NCBI GenBank assembly: GCA_001643675.2
Contig: LSRY02000013.1
Coordinates: forward strand, 744,001 to 808,000
Reading direction: 5' to 3'
Source: Monocercomonoides exilis PA203
Lineage: Eukaryota; Protista; Preaxostyla
DNA length: 64,000 nt
A program made the translations under genes and the position numbers. Under the pieces are notes generated by a model. The model did not search any database, was not told where the DNA came from, and was given only the letters and a program-made list of their open reading frames with translations. The stretch's first letter is position 1. Each line of letters begins with the position of its first letter. Positions 1 through 13,400 of this stretch are shown here, in pieces.

Positions 1-1
1 T

Positions 2-3000
2 CTTATCACAACGCTGCTGGAAGATAGAAATTTCATTTCTCATCTTTTCCCATCATCTTCAAAAGTCAACGAACCATCCAAACAAAAAGCCTCTTCAATT
101 CAAAAGGAGACTGTTTCGACTCTTTCGTCGACACTCTTCGACTTATTCTCACCCCCTTTTCAACATCTACCTTTCAACGTGATTTCAGTTCCTTCATTTT
201 TGAAAAAGATTATTCATCCGTCGTTTATTCCGCCTTCCCTCGAAAGGAATCTGCCTTTTCTGCATCTGATTTGTGAGTCAAACGCTGCTATTTCAACAAA
301 CACAATAAAAAGAATCATTTCTTCAAACCTTTCTTTTCTCTATCAAATAGACAACGATGGAGGCACAGTTCTGCACGCAGCTGCTATCTGTGACAGAGCT
401 TTTGAGCTGTTTCCGCTCTTTTTGGAATCCCTTCGCTCTTCTTGTTCACAGTTTTTAGAGCAAAGTGAAGAGGAAGATGATTCAAGCAATTCAATTGAAT
501 CACTCTCAAACAAAGTGATAATATTCTTTTTAACTCTGAAAGATCACCTCGGCAGAACACCATTTCATTTGGTGACAACATTGCCTGCTTTATCAACATT
601 GATTTCTGCTCTTCTTCAAGCAATGTGTTCTTTGGATCCAACATCAAACAATATATCGTTAACTACAGAGGAACGCCATGCTCCAGCGCAGAGGTTAACC
701 AAAGATCAAATGAAGCTTTTGATGGGCTTTTTTTGCTTTGAGAAAGATCACGATGGAAATTCTGTTGTCCATCACTGCGCAGCTGTTCAAGATCACTCTC
801 TTCTTTCATTTCTCATTCAATTTCTTGACGCATACGATGCAGAGCTAAGCGATAAATCAGACAAGGATGAAGAACAAAACGAAGAAGGTGCTATTACTAC
901 AACTGAACAAGAAGGCTCTCACGAAGAAACAGAAAGGAAGAATTCTTCTGCGAAGCTTATGAGCAAATGCCTCAACACGATGAATATGAATTCTCACTAC
1001 CCGCTTCATCTTTTGTCAAGCTCAGATTGCACCTCATTCTCTTCAATATCCTCATGTTCTCCACCAACTACTGTCATCACATGCTCTCCATTTGAAATTG
1101 CTCATTTGAGATTTATCACTTTAATGGTCACTTTTGATCTTCTTCTTCAGCATGGAATTGATGTGAACAGCGGAAGTTTATTAACTCAAGAAATCAAAGC
1201 AGATGGAGAGGAAAGCTTCCTTAGCAATCAGCCATCTTCTGACAATCTGTCTTTTCAGCAGCCTTTCAATCAATCGCCCGACGTTTCTTTCCCTTTCGCA
1301 AAACAGCAGTCAATCATAACATTTCCTCTCAACTTTGATCATCAGACACCTCTTCACACAGCCATCCGAAACAAATGCTTCACATCCACTTTGATTTTGG
1401 TATTGAGAGGCGCTCTGCTGACAGTGCCAGATGGATACGACGACACAGCTGAAGATCTGTTGGAAGGTGATGGTGAAATGCAGGTGGCGGTTGTGCTTGG
1501 CTCGATGATAAGGAGCTTTAATGAGTGTATCGATGAAGGAAATGGGGAAGAGTTCGAAAAGCTGATGGAAACACTGATGTCGAAAATTGATGAGCAAAAT
1601 GGAGTTGTTTGTGTTGATGAAGACGAAGGAGAAGAGGAAGATGGCTTGACTGTCTCAGATGATTCAGATCAAGACGAGTTCGATTTTCATCAAATTGAAT
1701 CAAGTTGCAGTGAAATAATAGATAATAAGATGTCTGGCTTGAGTTCAGAGGAAAATAAATCACCAACAAAACGCCCAGCTCACAGAACAAAAAGAAGTTT
1801 AGCCTCTCGCATTGACTATCAACACAAAAAGCTCCGTTCGACAGGCGAATTGTTCGTCGTTTCGACTCAACAGCTCTGCCGTGCTATTTTGCTGTGCTGC
1901 ACTGATTTGGATGGAAACACGCCTCTTCATCGCTGTGTGCAGTGCGGATACGAAGATATGATTGAGCCACTTTTGCGGAATCATCTGGGCAGCGTCAATG
2001 AGAGGAACAGATATGGACAGACGCCTTTGATGGTGGCGATTGAAAACAACGATTTATCAACAGCCACCACATTGCTTGTTGACTTTGGTGCTGATGGAAC
2101 ACTTCCGATGATTACAGCCGATTATTTCAGTGAAGATGAATCACAACTTGATTTAAATCAGTTTTCAGATGAAAACGAACTTCTGACACAAAAAATGATA
2201 TTGCATTCCCTTCTCAAAACGGGAAAGCGAAACTTGAGAAGCGAACAAAAGCCAACTGTCACTCATCATTCTTCTTCGATATTTGCCTATTGCGCAGAGA
2301 AAGGGATGACTTCGTTTATCGAGCTGTTTATTGACTGTGGATATGATGTGAACACTTTATGTACTGGTGGCATACCTCTTTCGATGATTCTGATGAAGTC
2401 GCAGCCAGGGGCTCTTGTTTCGCTCGTGCGAAAGGGAGCACAAATGGGGCAAATCAAAATAACAGGAACTTTGCTGTATCAGGATCTGAATAAAGCTATA
2501 AATGATCCATCATCTTCAGGAAAGATTCAGAAAAGCAAGATACAAACAATAAATGCAGAACTTATTTCTGAAAGCGGTGTTGTTTATTGGAATGCGAATG
2601 AACAAAGAGTTGATGATGAATCAAAGAGCGAAGAAGACACCTCATATTTCGGCTCAACATTTTCAGAAGCTGCGCTTGAATCGAGCCATAGTCCTTCAAT
2701 GGCCGAAACAATTAAGTCACTGAAAGAGACCATATCAATCGCACTTGCTCCCAGAACACTTCCTATTCCTGGATCTGTCGTACTTCGCAGAGACACAAGA
2801 ATATTTTTATCTCCGGAATCACCTTCTGTTTATCTCATCACAAGCAAAGATCTCATTTTCGGAGATGCGAAATTTGTTCTCAAATGCACATCGAGACAAG
2901 CTGCACGATTGTTTGTATTGAACTCTCGAATTGCACTGTTTTCTGTTTTCTATGCTGGCAGTCAAGCAACAAAATTATTGTCTAAAACAAGCCAGTCTCA

Positions 3001-3190
3001 TTCTTTAGAAATAGAACAAAATGAAGATGCACTCAACTCGACAAACGTGTCAAAAAATGAAAACATGAAAGAGGATTTGGATACAGATGAGAATTTGGTG
3101 GATTTTGAAGAGTTTTCTTTTATAGGGCAGGATGAGTGGTTGTGCTGTTCCGATTCTCTTGGAATTTTATATGATGAGCTATTCGAATAA
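2..3190 (+). CDS. Ankyrin-repeat protein, 5'-truncated by the window edge
   Basis: The frame is open from position 2 (LITTLLEDRNF...) to TAA at 3190, so the GTG at 179 is not the true start. Ankyrin motifs: DNDGGTVLHAAA, DHLGRTPFHL, DHDGNSVVHHCA, QTPLHTAI, DLDGNTPLHRCV, NRYGQTPLMVAI, separated by acidic inserts. Confidence 0.85.
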   Translation, partial: LITTLLEDRNFISHLFPSSSKVNEPSKQKASSIQKETVSTLSSTLFDLFSPPFQHLPFNVISVPSFLKKIIHPSFIPPSLERNLPFLHLICESNAAISTNTIKRIISSNLSFLYQIDNDGGTVLHAAAICDRAFELFPLFLESLRSSCSQFLEQSEEEDDSSNSIESLSNKVIIFFLTLKDHLGRTPFHLVTTLPALSTLISALLQAMCSLDPTSNNISLTTEERHAPAQRLTKDQMKLLMGFFCFEKDHDGNSVVHHCAAVQDHSLLSFLIQFLDAYDAELSDKSDKDEEQNEEGAITTTEQEGSHEETERKNSSAKLMSKCLNTMNMNSHYPLHLLSSSDCTSFSSISSCSPPTTVITCSPFEIAHLRFITLMVTFDLLLQHGIDVNSGSLLTQEIKADGEESFLSNQPSSDNLSFQQPFNQSPDVSFPFAKQQSIITFPLNFDHQTPLHTAIRNKCFTSTLILVLRGALLTVPDGYDDTAEDLLEGDGEMQVAVVLGSMIRSFNECIDEGNGEEFEKLMETLMSKIDEQNGVVCVDEDEGEEEDGLTVSDDSDQDEFDFHQIESSCSEIIDNKMSGLSSEENKSPTKRPAHRTKRSLASRIDYQHKKLRSTGELFVVSTQQLCRAILLCCTDLDGNTPLHRCVQCGYEDMIEPLLRNHLGSVNERNRYGQTPLMVAIENNDLSTATTLLVDFGADGTLPMITADYFSEDESQLDLNQFSDENELLTQKMILHSLLKTGKRNLRSEQKPTVTHHSSSIFAYCAEKGMTSFIELFIDCGYDVNTLCTGGIPLSMILMKSQPGALVSLVRKGAQMGQIKITGTLLYQDLNKAINDPSSSGKIQKSKIQTINAELISESGVVYWNANEQRVDDESKSEEDTSYFGSTFSEAALESSHSPSMAETIKSLKETISIALAPRTLPIPGSVVLRRDTRIFLSPESPSVYLITSKDLIFGDAKFVLKCTSRQAARLFVLNSRIALFSVFYAGSQATKLLSKTSQSHSLEIEQNEDALNSTNVSKNENMKEDLDTDENLVDFEEFSFIGQDEWLCCSDSLGILYDELFE

Positions 3191-3343
3191 ATTGTATTTA
3201 TATTTTAACCATTTATCAATTTATGTTTCTTTCAGTTATACTTCTTAATTTAGAAAAATCATTGTGATTTGATCTTAACCCATTAAGCGTGTGAAAATAA
3301 GCAATTTTTTATATTTTTACGTTTTTGAGGTGTTTAACGAGAG

Positions 3344-6300
3344 ATGCAAGACAGCGTGATATTTGAAGTCTTGAGCCAAACTTTACGAGGCGACAAGACT
3401 GGACAAGAACAAGCTAGAAAAGTCATTCGATCGGTACGTTTTGTTTTATAAAAAATAATAATTTCTGTTTAATAACGACGAATAATCAGTGGAGAAAAAT
3501 GCCAAACTATTTTTCACATATGCTTAAATTCACTATGGATGAAAGAGTCGTTGTTGACATTCGTGTTGCTGCGGCAATTCAGTTTAAAATTGGTGTTAAA
3601 AGAACATGGAAAGAATCGAGAGATAGAGTAGACAAACAATTTGTTCGAGAAAACATCATCCCTTCATTATGTGCCGCACCACCTAAGGTTGCAAGGCAAT
3701 TAGAATTAGTGATTGAAACAATGATAGAGCATGATTTTCCTAAAAAATGGCCAAATATGATTATGCAAGTTAAACAAGCGCTTGAATCAAAGGAAATTAA
3801 ATTAAAGATATCTATTTGTCCTGTTATACTTTCTTTGTGCGGATTATATTCATCTTCACCTTCGTCAAAAGCCAAATCTTTGAATAAGGCGATTCCTATT
3901 TTTTATCATCCATTATTTCTTTCAGCTCAAGAAATACTTTCAAACATAAATTTTAATGATGAGCAACAGGCGATACTTCTAAAGAATTTTTGCAAAATAA
4001 CAAGGAACATCAATTTCTATTATTTATCATCATATTTCAAGAAGCCAGAAATGATGAGGATTGTTGTTGAAAAAATGGTTCAAATATACACTCTGCCAAT
4101 TCCGGAATCACTATATGTTTGATTGCAATAAATATTTTCTCATCATTTGATTTTTATTATTTCAATTCGAAATCCTTTTTCCAAATAGCCTGATAAAGCG
4201 CAACGCCCGCATCAGCATTGGTGGAAGTGCAAGAAAATCGCCTCTCACTTCCTTTATCACATATACAAGTCATACGGACTTCCCAACCCTTCCCAACCAG
4301 AATTCAAAGAATTCTCCTTATTCTGGATGAACAGCATAGCCAACAATCTCATCAACACAATTCTTGCTGAGCTTCACAAAGTTTGCGCCGGCAGAAAAAT
4401 GACAGACACAACAACACCTCAGGCTTCCCCAGATTCCACTTCAACTGCATCTGCGCTGGCAGAGTCAGTAGCGCCTGAGTTCGTGTCAAATTCCAATTCG
4501 TCTGTATATATGTCTCCTGTGGTTATGTTCTACTCCATCCAGATTTTGGGTCTGGGCCTTCTGCACAACGCCACATATGCCGTGACACTGAAGCCCCATC
4601 TGCCTCTGCTGCTGAACGAGATCATCATCCCAAATGCCGGTCTCACCAAAGAAGAGGCCGAGATGTTTGACGACGATCCCATCGAGTTTCTGAACTACAT
4701 CAGATGCCCTTCCACAAACGACTTGACTTCTCGTGCTGCTTCCTTGGGGTTCTTCAGGCGCCTCTGCGGAAACAGAAAGCAGACAGCACTGGCAGGCTTC
4801 CTGGACATGTTCCAGAAGCACATGGCAAAGGCCTTTGAGATTGTCTCGCAGGCAATCGCAGCTGGCCGTGTGCCTTCTCAGTTTCCAACAGACTCCGTTC
4901 CGAATCCCACTGCCTCTTCACAGGCCATCTGGCATCCACTGCAGGTGTGTCTGCATCTCCTCGCACAGATCAGCACTGTCGTGTTTCTGCCTTCGGAGTC
5001 TGCTTTTGGCTCGTTCACTCAGACAAATGCGTCTCAGACACAGTCCCCTCCTTCCATGCAGCAAATCATCAGTCCATATGACTCGATGATCATGTCACTC
5101 ATTTCAACATATGTACTTCCTCTGATGTCTTCCTCGTTCCCTTTCCCAATCCTCCGCAGAGAGGCTGCTCTGTTCATCGCCTCATATGCTCCGATGATCT
5201 CTGTCTCTCCTGCTGCCACTGCTTCTCCTTCTCCCTCTCCCTCTTCGGCTTCGGCTTCTGCCTCTTCTTCTTCTTCTGGAACATCTGGATCTTCCTCAAC
5301 TCCACTTCTTGTTGCCCTTATTGGCGCAACAGTGTCTCTTCTCGATGACCCCTCTGTGCCTGTGTGTGTGGCAGCATCTGAATGCATCACAAACCTTTTG
5401 TCTTTTGTCTACACCGCTGCTCGCCCATCTCTCTCCAACCAAACACATTCTTCGCTTGCTGAACCTTCTCCCTTCTCCATCGCCTCTCTGCTTTCCACTC
5501 CAACTGGCTCGACGTCTGTGATCTCCACGCAGCTGCTGGGGATGGTCGAGTCGTTCCTTCCTGTGCTCTTTGAGAAGCTGTTCAACAACCTGCAGCGTGC
5601 TGGCCAAGCAGCAGACAGAGTGATCATCTCCATCAACAGAGCAGTGAAAGTGGCAGGTGAGCGGATGGAGCCGTATGCCACGTCAGTCTTCACACGCATT
5701 GTGGACATGATGAAAGCGCTGCTGACCGAAAGATGGGGAGTGATTGACAAAGGACTGGCTCTGCTGAGCAAAAGGGAGGCTGAGAAGAAGGCAGCAAAAT
5801 CGCAGGAATCGCCTTATCTTCCAACGCGATCGACACTTAGCAGTTCTTCAGGAGCGAATGGAGCAGACGATTTTGACGACGAAGACGATGAAGATGCACC
5901 CGGTTCGAACAAAGACTTCGACTCGAAGATTCTGAAAGCAGCATTTGGCGATCCCGACGAGGAAGGTTTGAAGATAATGCACCGCAGCGAGCTGGCTGTG
6001 CTCAGCGAGGCGCTGTACAACATTTTGCACTTCACCAGCAAGACGCGGGTGAGCGCTGCAGATCCGAACGGCCCTCTGCTCTTTTCCCAGTTTGAGCCGG
6101 TGATATCTGATCTCCTTGTGAAAGGGCTGGAGCACAGAGACGTGGAGTTCATTGACATGTTTGTGTCCTGCTTCCAGCTGGTGTGTCTGGTGCTGCTTGA
6201 CTTCACGCCAGACAAATCGACAGCAGGCGCCGCGGGGATGTCATCAGCCGGAGGAGCAAGCAGCGCTGCAGGTGCTTCTCAAGTTGGATCTTCGAATGGT

Positions 6301-8165
6301 GTTTCGTCGACAATGGCTGCTGCATTCACAATGCTGTGCCAGTGGATGGAAGTCAATGATGATTTGATGAACACCATCATTCCGACAATACAGGCGTTTG
6401 CACAGAACAACATTGAAGTGATATTCAACACGCCTGCCATTTCTGAGCCCCTCTTTAACTCCATTCGCAACGCATTTGGATTGAAAACAGGCTCGTCAAA
6501 GGCTGCTGAAAGCTCTCCTTTTGCTCCTTCCTCTTTGGGTGTGCTGGGAGGCACCCCTCTTTCCTATCCACCGATGAATGTTCCACCAAATGTGTTAGCT
6601 CCAGCTGCCCCAGGAGAAGGCGGTGATGACGATGAGGATGATGAGCAGGCTCATTTGGACAGTGCTATTCTGAGCAGTGTGCGGCTTCTGAAGTTCCTTC
6701 TCATTCGCTGCGGAATAAAACGATTGAACTCGTCTGTGGGAGCAGAAGCAGCATCATCGACTGCTGCATCCACAGGCGCGTCTATCTCAACATCTCCTTT
6801 TTACACTGGAATTATCCAGTCTCCTGCGCTTGTGTCAACTCTGTTTGCGATGCTGTGGAAGAGATACGACGAGTGCAAGATGGATATCACAAAGGCCAGA
6901 GTTGCCCATTCAATCGTGCTGCTGTTCTTTGCTTCGCCTTTCTGCGCTTTCAATGCAATGCGGAAGCAGACAATAGACACACAAACTGCCATTCATTCAG
7001 TCCAGCTGCCACAAATAACAATCACAGCCAAAAATGCAGCAGATGCTGAGCGGAGTGCAAAAATGCAGAAGAAAAAACTGCGAAAAGCACAGAAAGAAGC
7101 TGTGAAACGGTTGAAATTGCCAACAATTCCTACGATTTCAGAGTTTATTGACTGGGTAGAAGCAGAACGGAGTGAGTTCACAGACACTGTGATGGACAAA
7201 GAGGTGGTGCTATTTTCGCTCCTGTCTCTTCTTTCGATCCCCATTGAGTGGTATCCCGAGGAATATGGCATTAGAGAGCAGACAATTCATTCATCACTTC
7301 CAAAGCTCTATCAGAGCATAGCTACAATCAAACAAGAGCTGGACAAAGATGTGATTGAAGAACAGAAAAGAGAGGCGGAGAAAGGTGGTGCAAAGGGTGA
7401 GTCAGATGCATTTGAGAGTCGTGTGACGATTGGGATGAAGAACTGGACAGAAGGAATGCTGAGGATGCTGAATGACGACCAGAATGCGTATGAGGATGAG
7501 CTGGATGAGGATGTGGAAGACACGTCCGTGGCGAAAGTGCTGGCGAGGCTGAAGAGAAGGATCTGCCCCAGCAGCGGAGACGCAGAAGAGGATCAGTACG
7601 ATGAAGACGACGACGATGATGTGGAGACGTATCTGCTGAACGAGATGATCCAAATCGACGAGTCGCACGAGCCAGCTGTGATTGATGCAGACTTTGAGAC
7701 CAAAATGAGGCTGGACAGAGGAAGAGAGGTGGAAGTGCCGCTGAATGACAGCGGTGATGATGAAGATGATGACTCAGACTTCGATCTGGATGATGATCTG
7801 GATGAGATTGACAACATCTTCGCAGCTGAGATAGACGACGATGATGATGATTTTGATGAAGAACAGTGTGACATCGATCAGCCAAGATATGACGATGAAG
7901 ATTGCTTAGACACATTCCCTCTCAAGGGAATGAGTCTCACGGCTGTTGCAAGTGAATCCATTAAATGTGTGCATTTGTTTTTTCTTTCTTTTAATTTAAA
8001 TTTTATTTTTTTTCAAATTCATTTTTATATTTAAATATTCGTGCTGGTTTGTGTTTTGTAATTGCAGATTTCTCGTTAATGGACAAGGAAGGAACATTCA
8101 ACAAAGTGATTATTCAACTTATGCCCTTTACACAGCAAACAATAAAAGTTATGATTGGATTATAA
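3344..8165 (+). CDS. IPO7: Importin-7/8 (Nmd5/Sxm1-like karyopherin-beta), 4 exons
   Basis: Exons approx. 3344-3433, 3490-4116, 4189-7966 and 8068-8165 with GT-AG introns join in frame. It has the importin N-terminal domain (IRVAAAIQFK, DFPKKWP), the IPO7-type HWWKCKK motif at the start of exon 3, the EMFDDDPIEF motif and a long acidic C-terminal loop. Confidence 0.85.
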
Positions 8166-8282
8166 TCACTGCTGAAAAATGACAAAAGCCTCTTTTAAAA
8201 CATTTCACCCACATTTCACAATGTTTTTTCTGATTTTTTGATTTGAAAGAATTTTGAGCATGAAGCCCATAATAATTTTTCA

Positions 8283-9772
8283 ATGCCTGCAAAGAGAGAA
8301 CCAAAGAAATCCTCAAAATCAGCAGCTAAAGATGAAGCCGAATCCTTGATTTTGGATTTCATTAACAAAGTTAACAAATATTTAATATTGATTAATTTGA
8401 TAACATTGTGGAATTTTATAATATTAGCAAAATAGACCATTTTCTGTTCAAAACGTTGTTGATGGGCTTAAAGGGAAAATTAAAAAAACTGCCACACAAA
8501 AGGCGCTTGATGCACTTGTAGAGAAGAGCCAAGTCACTCTAAAAGAATTTGGAAAATCAAAAATCTATTTTGCTGACCAAAGCCAGTTTGAGGTTCCATC
8601 AAAAGAAGAGATTGCTCAAATGGATGAAACAATTAACCAAACTCAAGACGAGTTGCGTGAATTAGAATCAACTGCCAAATCAATGACAGCAGGTTTATTT
8701 ATTATTTTTTTCTGTTTAAATAATGTGTTCATTCTTTTCAGAAAACGCCCATCTTGCATCTGAGTTAACGAATGAACAAATCAGTGAAGAAATAACGCGG
8801 CTTACTCAAGATGTTTGACAATATATCATTCACTTGCTTTTCTGAAATTATTTACTATTTTCTAATAAAGAATAAAGAATTGGGGGCAAAGTTGAATAGA
8901 TTGAAAGAAGGAGGAATTCACGTTGATCCAGAATATAAAGAAAAAGTATCAAAAGCATATGGAACTATGATAGTTTGATTTATTGCATTTTTTTCAATTT
9001 AAAATTAAAAGTTAATATTTCAATAATAAAATTTTAACAGAGTGAATGGAAGGCAAGGCGCAGAGTGGTTTGCTTTTTTCAACTTGTGTGTTAGATTGCA
9101 TTGCTTTTATTTTTAGGGGACGGATGCCCTTGGAGTTATTTCAGAAGCCACTGGAAAATCGGAGAAAGATTTAGCTGTATGATTTGAAAAGTTGGTTCTT
9201 TTTAAAAAAAAATTCAATTTATTTATAAACACGCATAATCTTTTCTCAGGATGATATTGGAATAGAAACCGATGAAGCTGTGGGAACAACATTAAAGGTA
9301 GCATTTTTTAAATAATGTTTATTCTTTTGTGATTAATATTCATATGAAAATGATTCAATTTTAAAAGAATACTGAAGTTATTGGAATTCCAAAGTCAGCG
9401 ATAAATTGGATGAGCAAGAAATCTCAGATAAAGATAGTGATGGACAAAGAGGATCGGGTTCGAGAAGAGGAAATGGAGCGAAAGCAGGAGGAGATGATGA
9501 GGGAGGAGATTGAGAGAAGAAAAGAGATGGGGCTGGATATGGAAGGAGGAGATGGGGAAGGGTGGGAAGGAGATGAAGAATGCAGGAAAATAGACAAAGA
9601 AGATGAGCTGATGGCAACAGGAGAGATGGAAGATGAAGGCTTTGGAGATGCCAAGCGAAGAGAAGAGGTGGCAGACGATGAGGAGTTTTCGAAGGAGATG
9701 AGAGAGAAGAAAGGGCTGGTTGTGGGAGAAGACGATGCATTGGAGCAATTTGTGGGGGATGTATCTGAATGA
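8283..9772 (+). CDS. HOP2: Homologous-pairing protein 2 (Hop2/TBPIP), 8 exons
   Basis: Spliced translation: MPAKREPKK..ESLILDFINK|QNRPFSVQNVVDGLKGKIKKTATQKALDALVEKSQVTLKEFGKSKIYFADQ (winged helix), then coiled coil, then SEWKARRRV|GTDALGVISEATGKSEKDLA|DDIGIETDEAVG, matching the Hop2 NRPYS, YGKQKIY, WRKRKR and GIETDE landmarks. The last exon appears to run in frame into ORF 9410-9772. Confidence 0.88.
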
Positions 9773-10444
9773 GCTTTTGATGAGAAACAGATTGTTGCAA
9801 CAAACACTTTGCTTTCCTTTGTCGCATTTTTTAAAAAAACTGTTTCATTCATTTTGCCCAATTCTTTTTTCACTTTCTTTTGATGTGTATTTTGTTAGTG
9901 CTTTTCTTTTCATTTGCTTCATCTCTTGAGTTTTTCAATTCTTGAAGATGATCTTTCATTAAGATTTACTGTCAATTGTTGCGAAACAAACAAATGCAAA
10001 TCCACACAAGCTTACGATGAACTGACTTTTGAAAATAGCTTATTTGGAAGAATAATCACCGTTCCGAGAATGAACACGAACACGAACAAGAATAAGAACA
10101 AAAACAAGAACAAAAAAATAAATTGAAAAAGAAAATGTGATTCAAAATGTCTTTACCAAAATTGGAGGGGAGCATCCTTTGCTCATCAATACAGCAACTG
10201 TCCTGCTTAATAGAATGATAAGAAAATAACAAAAACAAACTTCATTCTCCTCCATCCAAAACCTTCTCAAGAAAAGTTGAAAAATTCTCTTCCCTCCTCT
10301 TTTCCAAATCTATATTTTAAAATTTATTTATTATTTATTTATTTTTAATATTTTTTATTTTTTATCCAACCCAAATAGTGTCTATTAAGTGAAAAATAAT
10401 TTTTTTTAAAAAAAATAAAAGCATTACTTTCTTTGCATTTCCTG

Positions 10445-13400
10445 CTATTTCAGAGAAGAAATTCTTTTCAGTCCATCCGCGAATTTCTCCAGCGCCTCCT
10501 CAACCGACTTGCGAGGGTGTGTGGAATTAGCAAATGTCAAAGGTGCGATCTCTGTTCTCATCACAGTTTCTATTTCAGCCTCTGTCTGCGATGCCTTCAG
10601 CCGCTTCACCAGCGCCTCTGGGGCTGAGCCAATCAGCTGATGAAGAGATTGCGCTATCCACTGTATCACCTGCTGCTCATGCTGCTCTTTCTCCATCTGC
10701 TGTGAATGTGTAAGTTGTTGTTGTTGATATAAATACTGCTGCTGCTGCTGTTGCTGTTGTTTCTGTTGCGCCATCTTCTGCATCTGCTTCTTCTGGCTTT
10801 CAATATACTCCATTCTGTATTTTGTGACAGTCGCGATCTGATCGCTGGCTGAGAGTGACATAAAGATCGGCTTCTGCTCTTCGGGAAGAGAGTTGCAGAA
10901 CTGCTCAGGAGACGTCAGAGGAGGAGGAATGGGGATCTGCTGCTGCTGTGGCTGTGGCAGTGGTTGTGTGAGGTCACTCATGGAAGGTGGAAGATAAGAC
11001 TGTGAAGTTGAAAGTGATGAAGAAGATGACAAAGAAGAAGAAGAAGCATTGGGAATGGATGAGAGTGAAGTAGACTGTGATTTTGAAATGGCTGTGGCAG
11101 ATTGAGATGAAATAGAAGAAGCAGAAACTGACAATGATGAAGAAGACAACGGGAATGAGGTGGAAGGTGAGGTGATCGAAGCAAGATCAGAAGAAGAAGA
11201 AGAAGAAGATGTCAAAGAAAGAGGAGAATTAGAAGCAGAAGGAACCATCATATTTGGTGGAATTGTCTGCAGTGTACTTCTCTGTAGAGAACGAGACATA
11301 ACACCAGCAGCAGAAAGAGAAGAGGAGGATGAAGGAGAAGGCAATGATGATGATAATGATGATGATAAACTGTTCATCGGATATCCAAATTTAGGCGAAG
11401 AGTACATTGGAGACCTGTTTTGCTCGTAAAAGCCAAGAGGCGAAACTGCATTGGCAACAGAGCTGTCGACAGGAGAGGCCGAATAAGAAGAAGGAGAAGG
11501 AGAAGGAGCAGGCGGACTCTGAGAGAGAAACATTGTGGGGGCGAATGTTGGAGCAGCAGCAGACAGCTTCTTGCTGGATGGTTTGGGTGCTGAGAGAGAA
11601 GAAGAGGAAGAGGAAGAAGAAGAAGAGGGGGAGGATGAAGGAGAAGACGGTGAAGAGGAAGATGAAGACAAAGATGAAGACAAAGAAGAAGCAGAAGAAG
11701 GCGAATGAGGAACAGTCGAAGGGAACGAAGATAAAGAAGCCCCAACATTGCCAAACGGTAGCCGCATCTGATGAGAGGCCGAAGGCGGGGCATATCCCAT
11801 CTCCTTCCGCTTCATCTGCGCCAGATGGTTCAGCGCCATCGTCCGCGCTTTCCTCAGCATCTCGTTCCGCTCGCTCTCCATCAGCGGCACATGGGCCATT
11901 CCTCTCGCTGCCTGCTGCTCTTCAAAGAAGAAAGCTATCCAGCTGCTCAGAATGGCTGGCGGGATGTCGCCAAATGACTGCGCATCTGCTGCAGTTGGGT
12001 GCATTTCATAGGGAGAAGCAGCAGGCGATGGCATCGATTGAATAGACTGAATAGATGGAATAGACGAAACAGAAGGCAATGAAGAAACAGAGGACATATA
12101 TGGCGCAGGCAGATAAGAGGCAGGGCTGTGGTGATGGGGGTATATAGGCACATATGGAGGGATTGTTTTAGGGACAACAGGGACTGACACAGGATCAGCA
12201 CCTACGTTGAATGTCGTGGGAGGAGGCTGCACAGGAGGCAAGGGGAGATTCGAAGGGAGTGTGTTGTAGGCAGCAGGCGGCGGGGGAGGGAACTTGTACA
12301 TCGCAGGCGCATTTTGGAAGGGAGAGGAGGCAGTGCGGGCGAGCAGGGACTGCTTTGGAAGAGCAGCTGTTCTAATCGGAATGGATGCTGAATTTATTCC
12401 TGCTGCCCCTGTGAGATTTGAAGAGGGCTGTGGAACAGGCGGAGTTAATGTTCTTCCTTCGTCTGCTGCATTCAAAGAAGATGGCTTGGGAAGAGAAAGA
12501 GACGAAAGAGAAGAAGAAGATGATGATGATGATTGACCTGAAGAGGGGGCTGATGAAGGATTGCCATTAGTACCAGTATTTGAACTTGCACTGGGTGAAT
12601 TCCCAGATGCAGCAGCAGAAGAAGATGATGAAGAAGAAGTGCCTGGCGGTCGTGCAAGAACAGACGCATCTTCTCCTTTTGCATTCTGCTGAGTAATTGA
12701 TGACTGAGAGGATGATAGAGATGTCACCACTGGTGAGGAAGAGCCAAATGAAGAAGATGAAGATGAAGAGGAAGAGGAAGAAGAAGAAGACGATGATGAT
12801 GCTGGAGAAGATGAAGAAGGTGCTATTGATGCAGAAACAGGAGATGACACAGATGAGGGAGTACCCACCGCTGTCACTTTTGGAGTGCCACTTCCTCCAA
12901 ATGCCTTTTCTGGCAGTGTGCTTGCCGTGGGCGAAGCAACTCCATCTATCGGCGGCGGCTTCTGCCCTCTCTTCAGCTTCCTTATCCTGTCCTTCTCTGC
13001 CTTCGGAGCAGCAATCGACGCCAGCTTCTGCGCGTCCTGTGCCTCCAGCTTCTCCTTCATCTGCCGCTCGCTCGTGGCATTGCGTGCGGCCTCTTCGGTG
13101 AGCCCTGCCTGCCGCTCGTCTACAATGTCACAGCGGATCGGCGCATCCACAAAGGGCACAGAGCCGATGGGGAAGCGGGCGCTGATGGTGTGGAAGTGGG
13201 ACTCGGTGGTTAGGCGGAGGAAAAGAGAAGGCTTGAGATACCTGTTGTTGAACCACTGCTGCATCATCTTGTTGGAAAAGGGCCCTTGGAGCTGCCCTGT
13301 GTCGTCCATGTTGATCCAGCTGAGCGAGATCGCTTGCACAGATGCAGGCAGTGGTGGCTGCAGATTCGGTGAAGAGAGAGAGGAAGAAGTGGAAGAAGAA

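Noticed and set aside
4486-7915. Many antisense and alternate-frame ORFs over importin-7 (likewise over GIGYF, CUL4, the receptor gene and SNU114)
   Set aside because: These are shadow ORFs produced by low-complexity, GC-richer coding sequence and have no motifs.
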